Assembly: GCA_947631225.1 (NCBI GenBank)
Contig: CANRKM010000001.1
Location: 1 to 52,897 of the forward strand
Reading direction: 5' to 3'
From: an uncultured Clostridia bacterium
GTDB lineage: Bacteria > Bacillota > Clostridia > TANB77 > CAG-508
Length of the DNA: 52,897 nt
Shown here: positions 30,485 through 43,332 of the stretch, piece after piece
How positions within the stretch are numbered: the stretch's first letter is position 1
Layout of the letters: every line of letters begins with the position of its first letter
The notes under the pieces: model-generated
What the model was told of the DNA's origin: nothing
Seen by the model: only the letters and a program-made list of their open reading frames with translations
Database searches by the model: none
Position numbers and translations under genes: made by a program

Positions 30485-30679
30485 CTATAAACCAAACAAA
30501 CTTCTTACAGTATCAAATAATGAGCTTATTTCTTTTATAACTAAAGTAAGAACTATAATAAGTCCTGCAAGGGTTGTCATCATAGCTTGTTCTTCACGTC
30601 CTGCCCTGCATAATACCTGATGCAAAACGGCAACTAAAATTCCTACTGCAGCTATTTTAAATAACAAATCAACATTCAT
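30485..30679 (-). CDS. spoIIIAC: Stage III sporulation protein AC
   Basis: MNVDLLFKIAAVGILVAVLHQVL.RAGREEQA is a 64-aa two-TM protein. Confidence 0.85.
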   Translation of the reverse strand: MNVDLLFKIAAVGILVAVLHQVLCRAGREEQAMMTTLAGLIIVLTLVIKEISSLFDTVRSLFGL

Positions 30680-30728
30680 TTCTTTAATTCTCCTTTGATG
30701 CTTTTTTACTCCGTCCCCAAAAGCATCA

Positions 30729-31247
30729 CTAAAATAAAATTATTACAATTACAAGACCTATTATTGTCCCCAAACTTTTGCACATTTTATCATTTTTTAT
30801 ATGTTCCTGTTCTGCTTTTTTTATTTGATTATTTAATAAAATATTAAACTGATTTATTTCGCTCATTTGTCCTTCTATATCTGTTTTTCCTAAAACTGTT
30901 CCCAACATTTTTAATAATTCTATATCTTCTATCTTTAGATTTAAGAAAAATTTTTCTTCATTAATTGCTTTAGTTAAAGCTTCTTTGCAATTATCTTTTT
31001 CCAAATTTTTTGATGTTTTATAAAATATTTGTGTAATTCTTGTATTTGTTTCTATATTTGAAATTTCTTCCAGAATTTCTTGCAATGGCTTATGTGTAAA
31101 CTTTATTTTGTTTTGTAAAATATTTATTAAATTGGAAAAACATCTTAATTCTATCACTCTATATTTATATTCTTTTGAAAGTAAAAAGCCAATGCTTGTA
31201 CTTCCTGAAATTATTGCTATAAAAAAAACATATCTTAAAAATTCCAT
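30729..31247 (-). CDS. spoIIIAB: Stage III sporulation protein AB
   Basis: Size, an N-terminal TM segment and its operon position between AA and AC. Confidence 0.7.
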   Translation of the reverse strand: MEFLRYVFFIAIISGSTSIGFLLSKEYKYRVIELRCFSNLINILQNKIKFTHKPLQEILEEISNIETNTRITQIFYKTSKNLEKDNCKEALTKAINEEKFFLNLKIEDIELLKMLGTVLGKTDIEGQMSEINQFNILLNNQIKKAEQEHIKNDKMCKSLGTIIGLVIVIILF

Positions 31248-31345
31248 TTATACACCTCTTATATATGTATATGCTGAATTTTTATGTTTTAGAACTATAT
31301 ATTGCATTTTTTATGGTACATAAATTATTAAATTGAATATATTCT

Positions 31346-32316
31346 TTACATGAGCAATTCACTTTCTATTACTTCTTTTATTTTCCCTTTAGCTTTAACA
31401 TCTAACACTATTACTCTTTTTATTATTTTATTTTCAATGAGTTTTCTTAAATTTTCATTTTGAAATAATTCTTCCGTTGACCCTGCATGTGCCGTAAAAA
31501 TTCCTTTTACTCCGTTTACATGCTAAATTTTCTATTGCTTTAATATCTTCTATGCTTCCAATTTCATCACAAGCTACTACCTCAGGTGCCATTGACCTAA
31601 CTAGCATATTAATTCCTATTGGCTTTGGAACATTATCTATTACATCTGTAAAATCTCCAACATCATTTTGTGGCACACCTTTATACATTGCAGCAATTTC
31701 GCCTCTTTCGTCTACTACTCCACAAGTCTTCGCTTTAAAATTTATTTCTGGAATTCCGATTAGATATTTTTCTTATTAAATCTCTTAAAACTGTAGTTTT
31801 TCCTGCTCCTGGTGGAGATGCAATTAATGTATTATAAATTGAATTATTTTGTATATCTATTACATATTTTAAAAGTGGTATTGAGGCATCTTTTATTTGT
31901 CTTGCTATTCTAAAATTTAAACTTGATATGTTATTTATATTTATTACCTTTTCATTTTCTATAACACAACTCCCTGTTAATCCTACTCTATTTCCACCTT
32001 TTATTGTTATAAATCCCTCTGAAATTTGCTTTGTATATGAATATATTGATTTTTCACATATATTTTCAAAGCTTTCTGTTAATTCTTCCCTACTTACTCT
32101 ATGATTTAGTAAGACTAATCCTTGTCCAATTTTAAGACTTAAATTTTTGTTTATTCTAAGTCTTATTTCCTCTATTTCTTCCTCTATTCTTTTATTATTT
32201 ATGTCATAGCAATTTTTTCTTCCACTTTTATTTATAAAATTTTCTATTTCTTCTTTTATACATTCAGGTAAATATTCTAAAACTTCTTTAATCATACCAT
32301 CACCAAGTATTTTCAT
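31346..32316 (-). CDS. spoIIIAA: Stage III sporulation protein AA (AAA+ ATPase); needs two +1 shifts, at CGG 31758..31756 and 31514..31512
   Basis: Walker A is SPPGAGKTT. After shift 1: ISNGIPEINFKAKTCGVVDERGEIAAMYKGVPQNDVG...MAPEVVACDEIG. After shift 2: KGVKGIFTAHAGSTEEL... to TAA 31348..31346. Total 322 aa. Confidence 0.85.
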
Positions 32317-32577
32317 AGTTAATTAATGTTTTTATTATAATGTTAATATAATACATATTATATGCATAATCTTTATACCTTAGAACAAAAAAAATATAAT
32401 TACCATTATTGATAATTATTAAATAATATATAATATTAAAACGTTTATATTTATATATTTTTCCGTTATCCCCATTTAAGAAAATGTAATTCGCTTTGCT
32501 CTTAACATTTTCTAAAACGAGCACCAAAAATTTCACTTCAAAATATATAAATATAAACGTTTAATAAAAATTAATTT

Positions 32578-33303
32578 TTATTCTTCCCAATTATGATAAA
32601 CATTCATTACATCATCTAAATCTTCTAGTCTTTCAATCATTTTCTCCATTTTTTCTGCTGCTTGTTCATCTAAACTAACTGTTGTTTCTGGAACCATTTG
32701 TACAGATGCTTCTAAGAATTTAATTCCCGCTTCTTGAAGTTTTTCTGAAACCTCAGTAAAATCACTTGGGTCAGTTATTATTTCATAAACTTCATCTTGA
32801 GTTTCAAAATCCTCTGCACCACTTTCTATTGCAAGCATCATTAATTCTTCCTCATCCATTTGGCAATTTTCTTTTTCAATTACCATAACCCCTTTTTTCT
32901 TAAACATATATGAAACACATCCTGTAGTTCCTAAGTTTCCTCCTGATTTATCAAATGCATGTCTTACATCTGCCGCTGTTCTATTTTTGTTATCTGTACT
33001 TGCTTCAACAATTAAAGCAACTCCATTTGGTCCATATCCTTCATAAATTATTTCTTCGTAATTTGCAACATTTCCTTCTCCAGAAGCTTTTTTTATTGCA
33101 TTATTTATTGTGTCATTTGGCATGTTTGCTGCTTTACATTTTGCAATTACAGCTTTTAAGCTAGAATTTCCTTCTGGGTCTGGTCCTCCTTGTTTTACTG
33201 CAACTAATAATTCTCTTCCTAATTTTGTGAAAACTTTACCTCTTGCAGCATCTGCTTTTCCTTTTTTAGCTGCAATATTATGCCATTTGCTATGTCCTGA
33301 CAT
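32578..33303 (-). CDS. yebC: YebC/PmpR-family transcriptional regulator
   Basis: [31 protein letters not shown] is the invariant YebC N-terminus. Confidence 0.9.
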   Translation of the reverse strand: MSGHSKWHNIAAKKGKADAARGKVFTKLGRELLVAVKQGGPDPEGNSSLKAVIAKCKAANMPNDTINNAIKKASGEGNVANYEEIIYEGYGPNGVALIVEASTDNKNRTAADVRHAFDKSGGNLGTTGCVSYMFKKKGVMVIEKENCQMDEEELMMLAIESGAEDFETQDEVYEIITDPSDFTEVSEKLQEAGIKFLEASVQMVPETTVSLDEQAAEKMEKMIERLEDLDDVMNVYHNWEE

Positions 33304-33405
33304 TTTTCATTCCTCCTTTATTTTTCAACCCTCATATTAATCTCCATTACAAATGTACTACAATTTTATCATTTTGTAGTACGTTTGTAAATATTATTTC
33401 TAAAA

Positions 33406-35565
33406 TTAATCTTCTATTAACTTTAAAAATTTAAGAATTTCTATTCCTACTTTTGCCCCTTCTCCTTCAACTGGATATTCATTTGAAAGAATTCCTGGAT
33501 TATCATTTAATTCTATAACTTTATATTTTGTAGAATTTAGATCATCTATTATAATATCAACTCCACATATTTTTGCATTAAAGGCTCTTACTAATTTTTC
33601 AGCGATTTTCTTGAAATAATCAGGCATAATATTGTTTACACCAATTCCTTCTCCACCTTTACTTACATTTGAAATTTTATGAAGATATATCCTTTTGTCT
33701 TTTGGAGGAACATATTCTAAAGAATACCCTTGTTTTGAAAGATAATCTAACATAAGCTCATTTACAACTATTTTTCTATTAAATCTAGTATATAATGGAC
33801 TTTCTACCTTTTGGTTTATTAGCTCTTGTATTGTAGATTTTCCATCTCCTACAACACTTGTAGGTCTTCTCCATGAAACATGTATACATTTACCATCTAT
33901 AACTAAAAATCTATATTCATTTCCTTTTACATATTCTTCTATAAAAACATCTTGATCAAATGAAAATGCATATTCTATTGCTTCTAATAATGTATTTTCA
34001 TCTGCTCCATTATCAATTATTGTAATTCCATCTCCATAATTGGTTGTCCTAGGTTTTACAACTACTTTTCTTCCTAAAATATTTTTTACTGCTTTTTTTA
34101 TTTTTTCTTTACTCATCTTTTTATTTATGTATTTATACATAGGAGTGTCTATACCATTTTCTATCATTACTCTTTTTGCGTATAATTTGTCATCAGTAAT
34201 AAATGGGTATATATAAGAGTCTTTAGAAGTTTTTGATGCTTGAATTACACATTCTTTTATTGTACCATTGCTAAATTCAACAAAACTCTTTTTCTCATCT
34301 ATAATATTATAGTCAACCCCTCTTGAAATAGCATCTTTTATTAGTATTTGAGTTGATGCTTCCAAATTAGGATATCCTGTTATTTTATATCTCATTTCTT
34401 CTGCGTCTTTACTATATTTATTAGCAAGTATTAACAAACCTTCTAATAAACCTTCTTTATTAGATAAATCTACTATTTCTTCTGCTATTGTTTTTTTATT
34501 ATTTAAAATATATTCCAAATATTTTTCAATACTTTCTTCAAAATCAAGTCCTAATGTTTCATTTATTTTTTTATATGATTCAATGTCTTCAATAAGTTCT
34601 TGCTTTTCTTCCATACTTATTCCAACTTTTGCAGTTTCTTTATAGTTATGTTCTTTAACGATTTGCTCATTTTCTATAAGACATTTTATAATAAATAAAA
34701 CAAACATATCCATTTGTTCCTTATTTATACCACATTTATCGAAGGGATTTATATCACATAATCTAACTTCTATATGATTTATCTCCTTTTCTTCAAGTTC
34801 TTGTATTGTATTATTCTTTTTGCTTGATTTTGCTCTAATAGGTATATACAGTTCAGTTGCAGCTTTTATAATATCTTGACTTATTAATTTTTTTACAGAA
34901 TTTAGATACATTTCCTTATTTGAAAAATCTACATCTATTTTGCCTTCATTTGTAAAGCCGATTTTTTCTGTATTTCTTAATGATAATATGCTTGTTTCTT
35001 GTTCATTTAGTTGTAATGGAGTTGCACCAAAAAAATACATTAACTGCCATGCCTTTTTGAAAAAAACTCTCATTATTTTAAAATATGCATCATCTTTTGT
35101 TTGTGGAATATCCTCATAGTTTTCCTTTATTCTTTCAAATAAAACATCACTAAAAGAAAAATTAATATGTATACCAGACATACAATGCATTTTATAACCA
35201 TATTTTTTGTATAAATACATTTCATATTCATGTTCTTCTACATGAGATCCATAATTCCCCCATGGAAAATCTTCTTCTTTAGGAAGTATGCATTGCATAC
35301 TATATGGCCATATCAATTCATTTTGATTATTTAATTCACATAAAACTACATTTGTAATTTCATTTAATTTTTCATAACATTCATCTGTACTTTTACATAC
35401 TGGTGTTCTTAATTCCATTTGTGCTTCTCCCCAATCAGTTGTTACAAATTTATTTTTCATTCTATCTGCAAAACATTTTGGATGAGGCTTTTTTGATAAA
35501 TTTCCATTTGCATCACATCTTAGTCCTTCTCTTTCAATTCCTATATCATACAATTTTTCTTCCAT
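33406..35565 (-). CDS. gshAB: Bifunctional glutamate--cysteine ligase / glutathione synthetase
   Basis: 719 aa. The N-terminal GCL-like domain contains GIEREGLR...TTDWGEAQMELRTP. The C-terminal half is an ATP-grasp domain (VVKPRTTNYGDGI, EYRFLVIDGK, CGVDIIIDD, VIELNDNPG). Confidence 0.8.
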   Translation of the reverse strand: MEEKLYDIGIEREGLRCDANGNLSKKPHPKCFADRMKNKFVTTDWGEAQMELRTPVCKSTDECYEKLNEITNVVLCELNNQNELIWPYSMQCILPKEEDFPWGNYGSHVEEHEYEMYLYKKYGYKMHCMSGIHINFSFSDVLFERIKENYEDIPQTKDDAYFKIMRVFFKKAWQLMYFFGATPLQLNEQETSILSLRNTEKIGFTNEGKIDVDFSNKEMYLNSVKKLISQDIIKAATELYIPIRAKSSKKNNTIQELEEKEINHIEVRLCDINPFDKCGINKEQMDMFVLFIIKCLIENEQIVKEHNYKETAKVGISMEEKQELIEDIESYKKINETLGLDFEESIEKYLEYILNNKKTIAEEIVDLSNKEGLLEGLLILANKYSKDAEEMRYKITGYPNLEASTQILIKDAISRGVDYNIIDEKKSFVEFSNGTIKECVIQASKTSKDSYIYPFITDDKLYAKRVMIENGIDTPMYKYINKKMSKEKIKKAVKNILGRKVVVKPRTTNYGDGITIIDNGADENTLLEAIEYAFSFDQDVFIEEYVKGNEYRFLVIDGKCIHVSWRRPTSVVGDGKSTIQELINQKVESPLYTRFNRKIVVNELMLDYLSKQGYSLEYVPPKDKRIYLHKISNVSKGGEGIGVNNIMPDYFKKIAEKLVRAFNAKICGVDIIIDDLNSTKYKVIELNDNPGILSNEYPVEGEGAKVGIEILKFLKLIED

Positions 35566-35614
35566 ATATTATTTCCTCTCTGTTTTTATTATATCTTTCT
35601 TATTATACAACAAA

Positions 35615-35642
35615 AGCAAGAAAATAGCAATATTTTCTTGCT
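35615..35642 (-). terminator. Rho-independent terminator after the ABC exporter genes
   Basis: AGCAAGAAAATA-gcaa-TATTTTCTTGCT, a perfect 12-bp stem flanked by T and A runs. Confidence 0.65.
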
Positions 35643-35689
35643 TTTTTGTATAATCTATATTTTCTAGTAATTTAATGTTAAAACCCGTA

Positions 35690-37564
35690 TTATTCTAGCT
35701 CAAATGCCCCTGTATATAGTTTATAATATTGACCTTTCTCATTTATTAAATCTTCATGTGTTCCTCTTTCTATTATTCTTCCATGATCTAAAACTATAAT
35801 TGCTTTTGAATTTCTAACTGTTGAAAGTCTGTGAGCTATTACAAATACAGTTCTTCCTTCCATAAGTTTATCCATTCCCTCTTGAACTATTTTTTCTGTT
35901 CTTGTATCTATACTTGAAGTTGCCTCGTCAAGTATCATTACTGGTGGATCTAAAAGAGCACATCTTGCTATTGCCAAAAGTTGCCTTTGACCTTGAGATA
36001 AACTTGCTCCATCTGATGAAATTTCTGTGTCATACCCATTTGGAAGTTTTATTATAAAATTATGTGCATTTGCAAGTTTTGCAGCATTAATTACTTCTTC
36101 ATCTGATGCTTCTTTTCTTCCATATTTTATATTATCTTTTATTGTTCCTGTAAAAAGATTTGTGTCTTGAAGAACCATTCCAAGAGAAAGTCTTAAATCG
36201 TCTTTTTTTATTTTATTTATATTTATACCATCATACCTAATTTTTCCATCTTCAATATCATAAAAACGATTTATTAAATTTGTTATTGTAGTTTTTCCTG
36301 CTCCCGTTGCTCCAACAAATGCAATTTTTTGTCCTGGTTTTGCATATAAACTAATTTCATGTAAAACAAGTTCATTTTCTTCATATCCAAAATCTACATC
36401 GTAAAATTCAATGTGTCCAGCTAATTTAATATATTCTATTCTTCCATCTGTATGAGGGTATTTCCACGCCCACATTTTTGTTCTTTCATTTACTTCTACA
36501 AGCTTTCCATTCTCTTCTTTTACATTTACAAGAGTTACTTTACCTTCATCTTTTTCCGGCTCTTCATCCATAAATTCAAATATTCTTTTCGCACCAGATA
36601 CAGCCATAACTATTGAGTTTAACTGGCGTGAAATTTGGTTTATTGGTCTTATAAAAGTTTTACTAAGTTGTAAAAATGCAACTATCATTCCCACAGATAC
36701 ATTTCCTATTCCATTAATCGCAAGTAATCCACCAACTATTGCTAAAACTGCATATAATGTGTTTCCAAGATTTCCATTTACAGGTCCTATACAATTTACA
36801 AATTTATTTGCATTATAAACATTTTCTGCTAAGTCTTCATTTAATTTATCAAATCTTTTTTTGGCTCTTTCTTCATAACAAAATACCTTTACTACTTTTT
36901 GACCATTTATCATTTCTTCTATATATCCATTTAAATTACCTACAGCTTCTTGTTGTTTTATAAAGTGTTTTCCACTTCTTGATGTCATGAATTTAGTTAC
37001 AATCAATATTATTCCTAGAAATATTAGTACTACTGCTGTTAAATAAATATTAGTTATTATCATTGCAAGAAATATAACAACTATTGTTGTAATTACAGAA
37101 AATGTTTCTGGTATACTTTGAGAAATCATTTGACTTAATGTATCTGTATCATTTGTATAACGACTCATTATATCGCCATGAGAATGTGTATCAAAATATT
37201 TTATAGGTAACTTTTGCATTTTAACAAACATTTCATCACGAATTTCTTTTAATGTTCCCTCAGATACTTTTACCATTAGTCTACTTGATAAAAAACCTGC
37301 AATTACTCCAACTCCATAAATTACAATCATTGTAACTATTGCTTTTACAAGTGAAGTATAAACTGGATTTAACGTTCCTACAAGTGGAACTATATAATCA
37401 TCTATTAAAGTTTGTAAATACAAATTTGCAGCAACAGATGAAGCAGTACTTAGTAAAAGACAGAAAATTACAAAAAATAGTCTTAATTTATAATTTTTAG
37501 TAATATATTTTAAAACTCTTACTAAAACTTTGAAATCTATTTTTCCTTTCAATTTTTTATCCAT
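35690..37564 (-). CDS. ABC exporter, fused permease/ATPase subunit (heterodimer partner 2)
   Basis: Six-TM exporter domain followed by Walker A GATGAGKTT, the signature LSQGQRQ, and Walker B ILDEATS. Confidence 0.85.
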   Translation of the reverse strand: MDKKLKGKIDFKVLVRVLKYITKNYKLRLFFVIFCLLLSTASSVAANLYLQTLIDDYIVPLVGTLNPVYTSLVKAIVTMIVIYGVGVIAGFLSSRLMVKVSEGTLKEIRDEMFVKMQKLPIKYFDTHSHGDIMSRYTNDTDTLSQMISQSIPETFSVITTIVVIFLAMIITNIYLTAVVLIFLGIILIVTKFMTSRSGKHFIKQQEAVGNLNGYIEEMINGQKVVKVFCYEERAKKRFDKLNEDLAENVYNANKFVNCIGPVNGNLGNTLYAVLAIVGGLLAINGIGNVSVGMIVAFLQLSKTFIRPINQISRQLNSIVMAVSGAKRIFEFMDEEPEKDEGKVTLVNVKEENGKLVEVNERTKMWAWKYPHTDGRIEYIKLAGHIEFYDVDFGYEENELVLHEISLYAKPGQKIAFVGATGAGKTTITNLINRFYDIEDGKIRYDGININKIKKDDLRLSLGMVLQDTNLFTGTIKDNIKYGRKEASDEEVINAAKLANAHNFIIKLPNGYDTEISSDGASLSQGQRQLLAIARCALLDPPVMILDEATSSIDTRTEKIVQEGMDKLMEGRTVFVIAHRLSTVRNSKAIIVLDHGRIIERGTHEDLINEKGQYYKLYTGAFELE

Positions 37565-39290
37565 TTTCCTTGCCTCCCTTCATTTGTGAGTAATATACTT
37601 CTTTATATATTTCACATGAAGCAAGCAATTCTTGGTGATTTCCTATGGCATTTATTACTCCATTATCTAAAACAATTATTTTATCAGCATCTTCAACTGA
37701 TGAAATTCTTTGGGCTATAATAATTTTAGTTGTATTTGGAATATTATTTTTAAAGGCTTTTCTTATTAAACTGTCTGTCTTAGTATCTACTGCGCTTGTA
37801 GAATCATCTAAAATAAGTATTTTAGGATTTTTTAATAAAGCTCTTGCAATACATAATCTTTGTTTTTGTCCACCTGATACATTTGTTCCACCTTGTTCTA
37901 TGTATGTATCATATCCATCTGGAAATGTTTTTATAAATTCATCAGCCTGAGCTAATTTACAAGCATTTTCAATTTCTTCATCTGTTGCATCTTCTTTTCC
38001 CCAACGTAAATTTTCTTTTATTGTTCCAGAAAATAATTCATTTTTTTGTAACACCATTGCTACTTGATTTCTTAATGCTTTTATATCATAATCTCTAACA
38101 TCAATTCCAGCAACTTTTATTTTACCACTTGTTACATCATAAAGTCTTGGAATTAGTTGCACTAAGGTAGTTTTCGACGAGCCAGTTCCTCCTATTATTC
38201 CAATAGTTTCTCCTGATTTTACATCTATATTTATATTTTTTAAAACTAATTTATTTTCATCATTTACATAACTAAAATTTACATCTTCAAAAACTATTGA
38301 ACCATCTTTTACTTCTTTTATTGCATTTTCTTTGCTAGTTAAATTACTTTTTTCATCCATAAGTTCAACTATTCTTTCTCCAGATGCTCTTGAAATCATT
38401 ATTGTAACAAGAACCATTGAAAGCATCATTAAAGACATTAAAATTTGCATTGTATAAGATATTAAACTTGTAAATTCACCTGTTGTTAAATTATTTGTAA
38501 TAATTTCTTTTCCTCCAAACCATGAAATAAGTACAATAATTGTTGCAACTGTGAATTGCATTAATGGATTATTTAAAGCAACTATTCTTTCTGCTTTTGA
38601 AAATTCTTTATATATTAATTTAGAAGTTTCATCAAACTTTTCTATTTCTTCATCTTCTGTTACAAAGGATTTTACAACTCTTATACCTCTTACATTTTCC
38701 TGTACAATATTATTTAGTTTATCATATATTGAAATTGCTTTTTCAAAAATCGGATGTGCTGTTGTTGCTATAAAATATAAACCTAATCCTAATAGTGGAA
38801 CTGCTATCAAAAATATTAAGGCAAGTTTTACATTTATAACAAATGTCATTATTAAAGAAAATATAATTATAAGAGGAGCCCTTACTGCCATCCTTATTAT
38901 CATTTGAAATGCCATTTGAATATTATTTACATCAGTAGTATGTCTAGTTATAATACTAGATGTAGAAAATTTATCTATATTTGAAAAAGAAAAGTCTTGT
39001 ACATTATAATAAATCTTTTTTCTAATATTTTTTGCAAATCCAGCTGTTGCCTTTGCTGCATAATCTCCTGATTTTACTCCTGTATATATTGCTATAAATG
39101 AACATATAATTAATAAAATTCCTATACCTAAAATTTGCTTGCTATCCCCTTTATTAATACCATTGTCAATTAAATATGCCATTAAAAATGGTATAATAAC
39201 ATCAAATGCACATTCCATCCCTACAAATATTGGTGTCAATATTGTTTCTCTTTTGTATTCTCCAATACATTTTGCTAATTTTTTTATCAT
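37557..39290 (-). CDS. ABC exporter, fused permease/ATPase subunit (heterodimer partner 1)
   Basis: TM domain followed by Walker A GGTGSSKTT, the signature VSGGQKQR, and Walker B ILDDSTS. It overlaps its partner by 8 nt. Confidence 0.85.
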   Translation of the reverse strand: MIKKLAKCIGEYKRETILTPIFVGMECAFDVIIPFLMAYLIDNGINKGDSKQILGIGILLIICSFIAIYTGVKSGDYAAKATAGFAKNIRKKIYYNVQDFSFSNIDKFSTSSIITRHTTDVNNIQMAFQMIIRMAVRAPLIIIFSLIMTFVINVKLALIFLIAVPLLGLGLYFIATTAHPIFEKAISIYDKLNNIVQENVRGIRVVKSFVTEDEEIEKFDETSKLIYKEFSKAERIVALNNPLMQFTVATIIVLISWFGGKEIITNNLTTGEFTSLISYTMQILMSLMMLSMVLVTIMISRASGERIVELMDEKSNLTSKENAIKEVKDGSIVFEDVNFSYVNDENKLVLKNINIDVKSGETIGIIGGTGSSKTTLVQLIPRLYDVTSGKIKVAGIDVRDYDIKALRNQVAMVLQKNELFSGTIKENLRWGKEDATDEEIENACKLAQADEFIKTFPDGYDTYIEQGGTNVSGGQKQRLCIARALLKNPKILILDDSTSAVDTKTDSLIRKAFKNNIPNTTKIIIAQRISSVEDADKIIVLDNGVINAIGNHQELLASCEIYKEVYYSQMKGGKENG

Positions 39291-39361
39291 TTTTTATTCA
39301 ATTTCCTTTCTTGCTTAAATGCAAAGAATGTCCTTTTTATAAAAGAACATTCTTTTTTATG

Positions 39362-40720
<1,359 letters not shown>

Positions 40721-40831
40721 CTATATCAATTAAAATTAAATATAGTTCTAACTCATTTATTAACTGTTGTTTAACTTTTAATATATTATAATTTTAACTT
40801 TTCTAGCTTTTTTTCACTTTTAATCATAATT

Positions 40832-41566
40832 TTAGCTTTTTAATATCTGATTTTTATTTTTTTCTTCTTCTTTAAGTCTTTTTTCTTCTTCTTTTTTGGC
40901 TTTTTCTTGTATCTTTTTGTTTTTTCGTTCTTCTATTTCTATTATTCTTTGTTCTTGCTCTTTTTGTCTTTCTTGAGCAACTTTTATTTCTTTGTCAAAA
41001 CCTACTGTATTGTTTAAAGCTTTTATATACATACCTGTTATATATTCTTCTTTTTCTTTTTTATTATTATCAGCATTATCTAAATATTTGTCTAATATTT
41101 TTCTTTCTTCTTTTAACTCTCCACCTAAATGTAGATAATTATATCTCCATATTACATGTCTTACATAACTTGAGTATTCTTCGCCACTTATTTGGTCATA
41201 AAAGAATTCTATTTTAAATCTTGAACTTCTTATTGAAATTGTAATATTCGTCCATAATCTTTGTTCAGTATCTATAAAGTCTTGTCTTAGTTCTTTTATA
41301 ATTTCATATAAATTATCTACTATTTTTAGATATTCTACCTCATTAATATTAAATTTTTTTGGTACTTCATATACATTTACAGGTTTCTTTTTAAGCAAAC
41401 TTTTAGGGAAATAATAAAAATACATTTCTCCTGTTTGTTCTTTGTCTTCATTTTCTATAACAGATGCATATAAATAAATTTCTTCCCATTTTTCTGGGAT
41501 TAAGTCAAACAAACAGTTTTGGATTTTTTCGTATTTATCCCTCATGTTTTTTGTGGTTCTAAGCAT
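40832..41566 (-). CDS. YezG/DUF600-like immunity-type protein with a Lys/Glu-rich C-terminal tail
   Basis: IPEKWEEIYLYASV...GEMYFYYFPK...VYEVPKKFNI...LYEIIKELRQDF...WTNITISI...FKIEFFYD has the layout of YezG-family immunity proteins. The tail is KEQEQRIIEIEERKNKKIQEKAKKEEEKRLKEEEK. Confidence 0.45.
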   Translation of the reverse strand: MLRTTKNMRDKYEKIQNCLFDLIPEKWEEIYLYASVIENEDKEQTGEMYFYYFPKSLLKKKPVNVYEVPKKFNINEVEYLKIVDNLYEIIKELRQDFIDTEQRLWTNITISIRSSRFKIEFFYDQISGEEYSSYVRHVIWRYNYLHLGGELKEERKILDKYLDNADNNKKEKEEYITGMYIKALNNTVGFDKEIKVAQERQKEQEQRIIEIEERKNKKIQEKAKKEEEKRLKEEEKNKNQILKS

Positions 41567-41714
41567 CTTTTTTTCGTTAATAAAATTAACTTTCCCCCTT
41601 CTTAAAAATTTAATGTATCTTTAGCTTTTGCCTTTTTAGTAAATTAAATAACTTTATATTATTGTTATTTTTTGCCAAATTAATATTTATAAAAAAATTT
41701 TATATTATTCTTTT

Positions 41715-43250
41715 TTATTTTTCAATTAGGCTTATTCCTGTCATTTCTTCTGGCTTTTTAATTCCCATTAATTCTAACATTGTTGGTGCTATATCTGCTA
41801 ATTTTCCACCTTCTCTTAATTTTACATTTTCTTTTTCAGATATTAAAGTTAATGGTACTAAATTGGTTGTATGAGCTGTGTGTGGCTCCCCTGTTTTATA
41901 GTCTATCATTTGCTCTGCATTTCCATGGTCTGCTGTTATTATTAAGTTTGCTTTTTGCTCTAAAATGCTTTCTACAATTTTGCCTACACATTCATCTATT
42001 GTTTCAACTGCTTTTATAGCAGCATTTAGATTTCCTGTGTGTCCTACCATATCTGGATTTGCAAAATTTAAAATTATTGTATTGTATTTTTTTTGCTTTA
42101 TTGCATCTATTACTTTATCTGTTACCTCATATGCACTCATTTCAGGCTTTAAATCATATGTTTCAACTTTTGGAGATGGTACTAAAATTCTATCTTCATT
42201 CTCATATTGCTTTTCCTCTCCTCCATTAAAGAAAAATGTAACATGTGCATATTTTTCTGTTTCAGCAATTCTTAATTGTGTTCCGCCTGATTTACTTACA
42301 ACTTCACCTAATGTGTTTTTTATAGGTTCTTTTTTAAACGCTATATGAACATTTGGCATTGTTTCATCATAACTGGTAAAACATACAAAGTGTACATTCA
42401 TTTTTTTAGTTTCAAATTCTTTAAAGTCTTTGTCTACTATTGAACGTGTAATTTGTCTTGCTCTATCAGGTCTAAAGTTGAAGAAAATTACAGAATCTCC
42501 ATCTTCTATTGTAGCTACTGGCTTTGAACCATTTGTTATAACTGTTGGTTCAACAAATTCATCAAATACTTCTTTTTGATATGAACTTTCTATAGCATTA
42601 ATACATGTTCCTGCTTTATTTCCTTCTCCGAAAACTAGTGCTCTATATGCCTTTTCTATTCTGTTCCAACGTTTATCTCTATCCATGGCGTAAAATCTTC
42701 CAGATATACTTGCAATTTTTCCAATTCCTTTTTCTTTCATTTTTTCTTCTAAATCTAATAAATATCCTTCTGCAGATGCTGGAGGTGTATCTCTTCCATC
42801 TAAGAAACAATGTACGTATACATTTTCTAATCCTTTTCTTTTTGCCATCTCTAATAGTCCATATAAATGTCTATTATGACTATGAACTCCTCCATCTGAT
42901 ACTAATCCTAGTATGTGAAGTTTTGAATTATTTTTTTTGCAGTTTTCCATTGCTTTTACAAGTTCTGGGTTAGAAAAGAAATCTCCATCCTCTATTGATT
43001 TTGTTATTCTTGTTAATTCTTGGTATACTATTCTTCCTGCACCAATATTTGTGTGCCCAACTTCAGAATTTCCCATTTGTCCTTCTGGAAGTCCTACTGC
43101 TAAACCACTTGCTTGTATTTTAGTAGTTGGATATTTTTTTGTAATTTTATCTATATTAGGTGTTTTGGCAAGTTTTATTGCATTACCTTCTTTTTCAATA
43201 TTATCTCCAAATCCATCTAATATCATTAGCGTTGTTAATTTGTTTTCCAT
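41715..43250 (-). CDS. gpmI: 2,3-bisphosphoglycerate-independent phosphoglycerate mutase
   Basis: [30 protein letters not shown] and ADHGNAE. Confidence 0.95.
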   Translation of the reverse strand: MENKLTTLMILDGFGDNIEKEGNAIKLAKTPNIDKITKKYPTTKIQASGLAVGLPEGQMGNSEVGHTNIGAGRIVYQELTRITKSIEDGDFFSNPELVKAMENCKKNNSKLHILGLVSDGGVHSHNRHLYGLLEMAKRKGLENVYVHCFLDGRDTPPASAEGYLLDLEEKMKEKGIGKIASISGRFYAMDRDKRWNRIEKAYRALVFGEGNKAGTCINAIESSYQKEVFDEFVEPTVITNGSKPVATIEDGDSVIFFNFRPDRARQITRSIVDKDFKEFETKKMNVHFVCFTSYDETMPNVHIAFKKEPIKNTLGEVVSKSGGTQLRIAETEKYAHVTFFFNGGEEKQYENEDRILVPSPKVETYDLKPEMSAYEVTDKVIDAIKQKKYNTIILNFANPDMVGHTGNLNAAIKAVETIDECVGKIVESILEQKANLIITADHGNAEQMIDYKTGEPHTAHTTNLVPLTLISEKENVKLREGGKLADIAPTMLELMGIKKPEEMTGISLIEK

Positions 43251-43332
43251 AAAAATTGCTTCCTTTCTAAAGTTATTTTTTTATTTTGCTAGATTTTCAT
43301 TTTTTAATTTTAATTATGTTCTTTCCTTTGTA

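Noticed and set aside
30680-30728. GTCCCCAA in the spoIIIAB-AC spacer as a degenerate REP copy.
   Set aside because: Only about 8 nt are shared with the REP unit. It is better explained as a small local hairpin (GATGCTTTT...AAAAGCATC) between operon genes.
32300-32536. 78-aa ORF between yebC and spoIIIAA.
   Set aside because: Extremely AT-rich, low-complexity sequence (NIIYYLIIINNGNYIFF), no SD sequence and no motif. It lies in the expected spoIIIA promoter region and is probably non-coding.
32317-32577. Sigma-E/sigma-G type promoter for spoIIIA (CATATAAT-like element near 32358..32365 on the minus strand).
   Set aside because: No properly spaced -35 element could be found by eye, so it is not reported as a feature.
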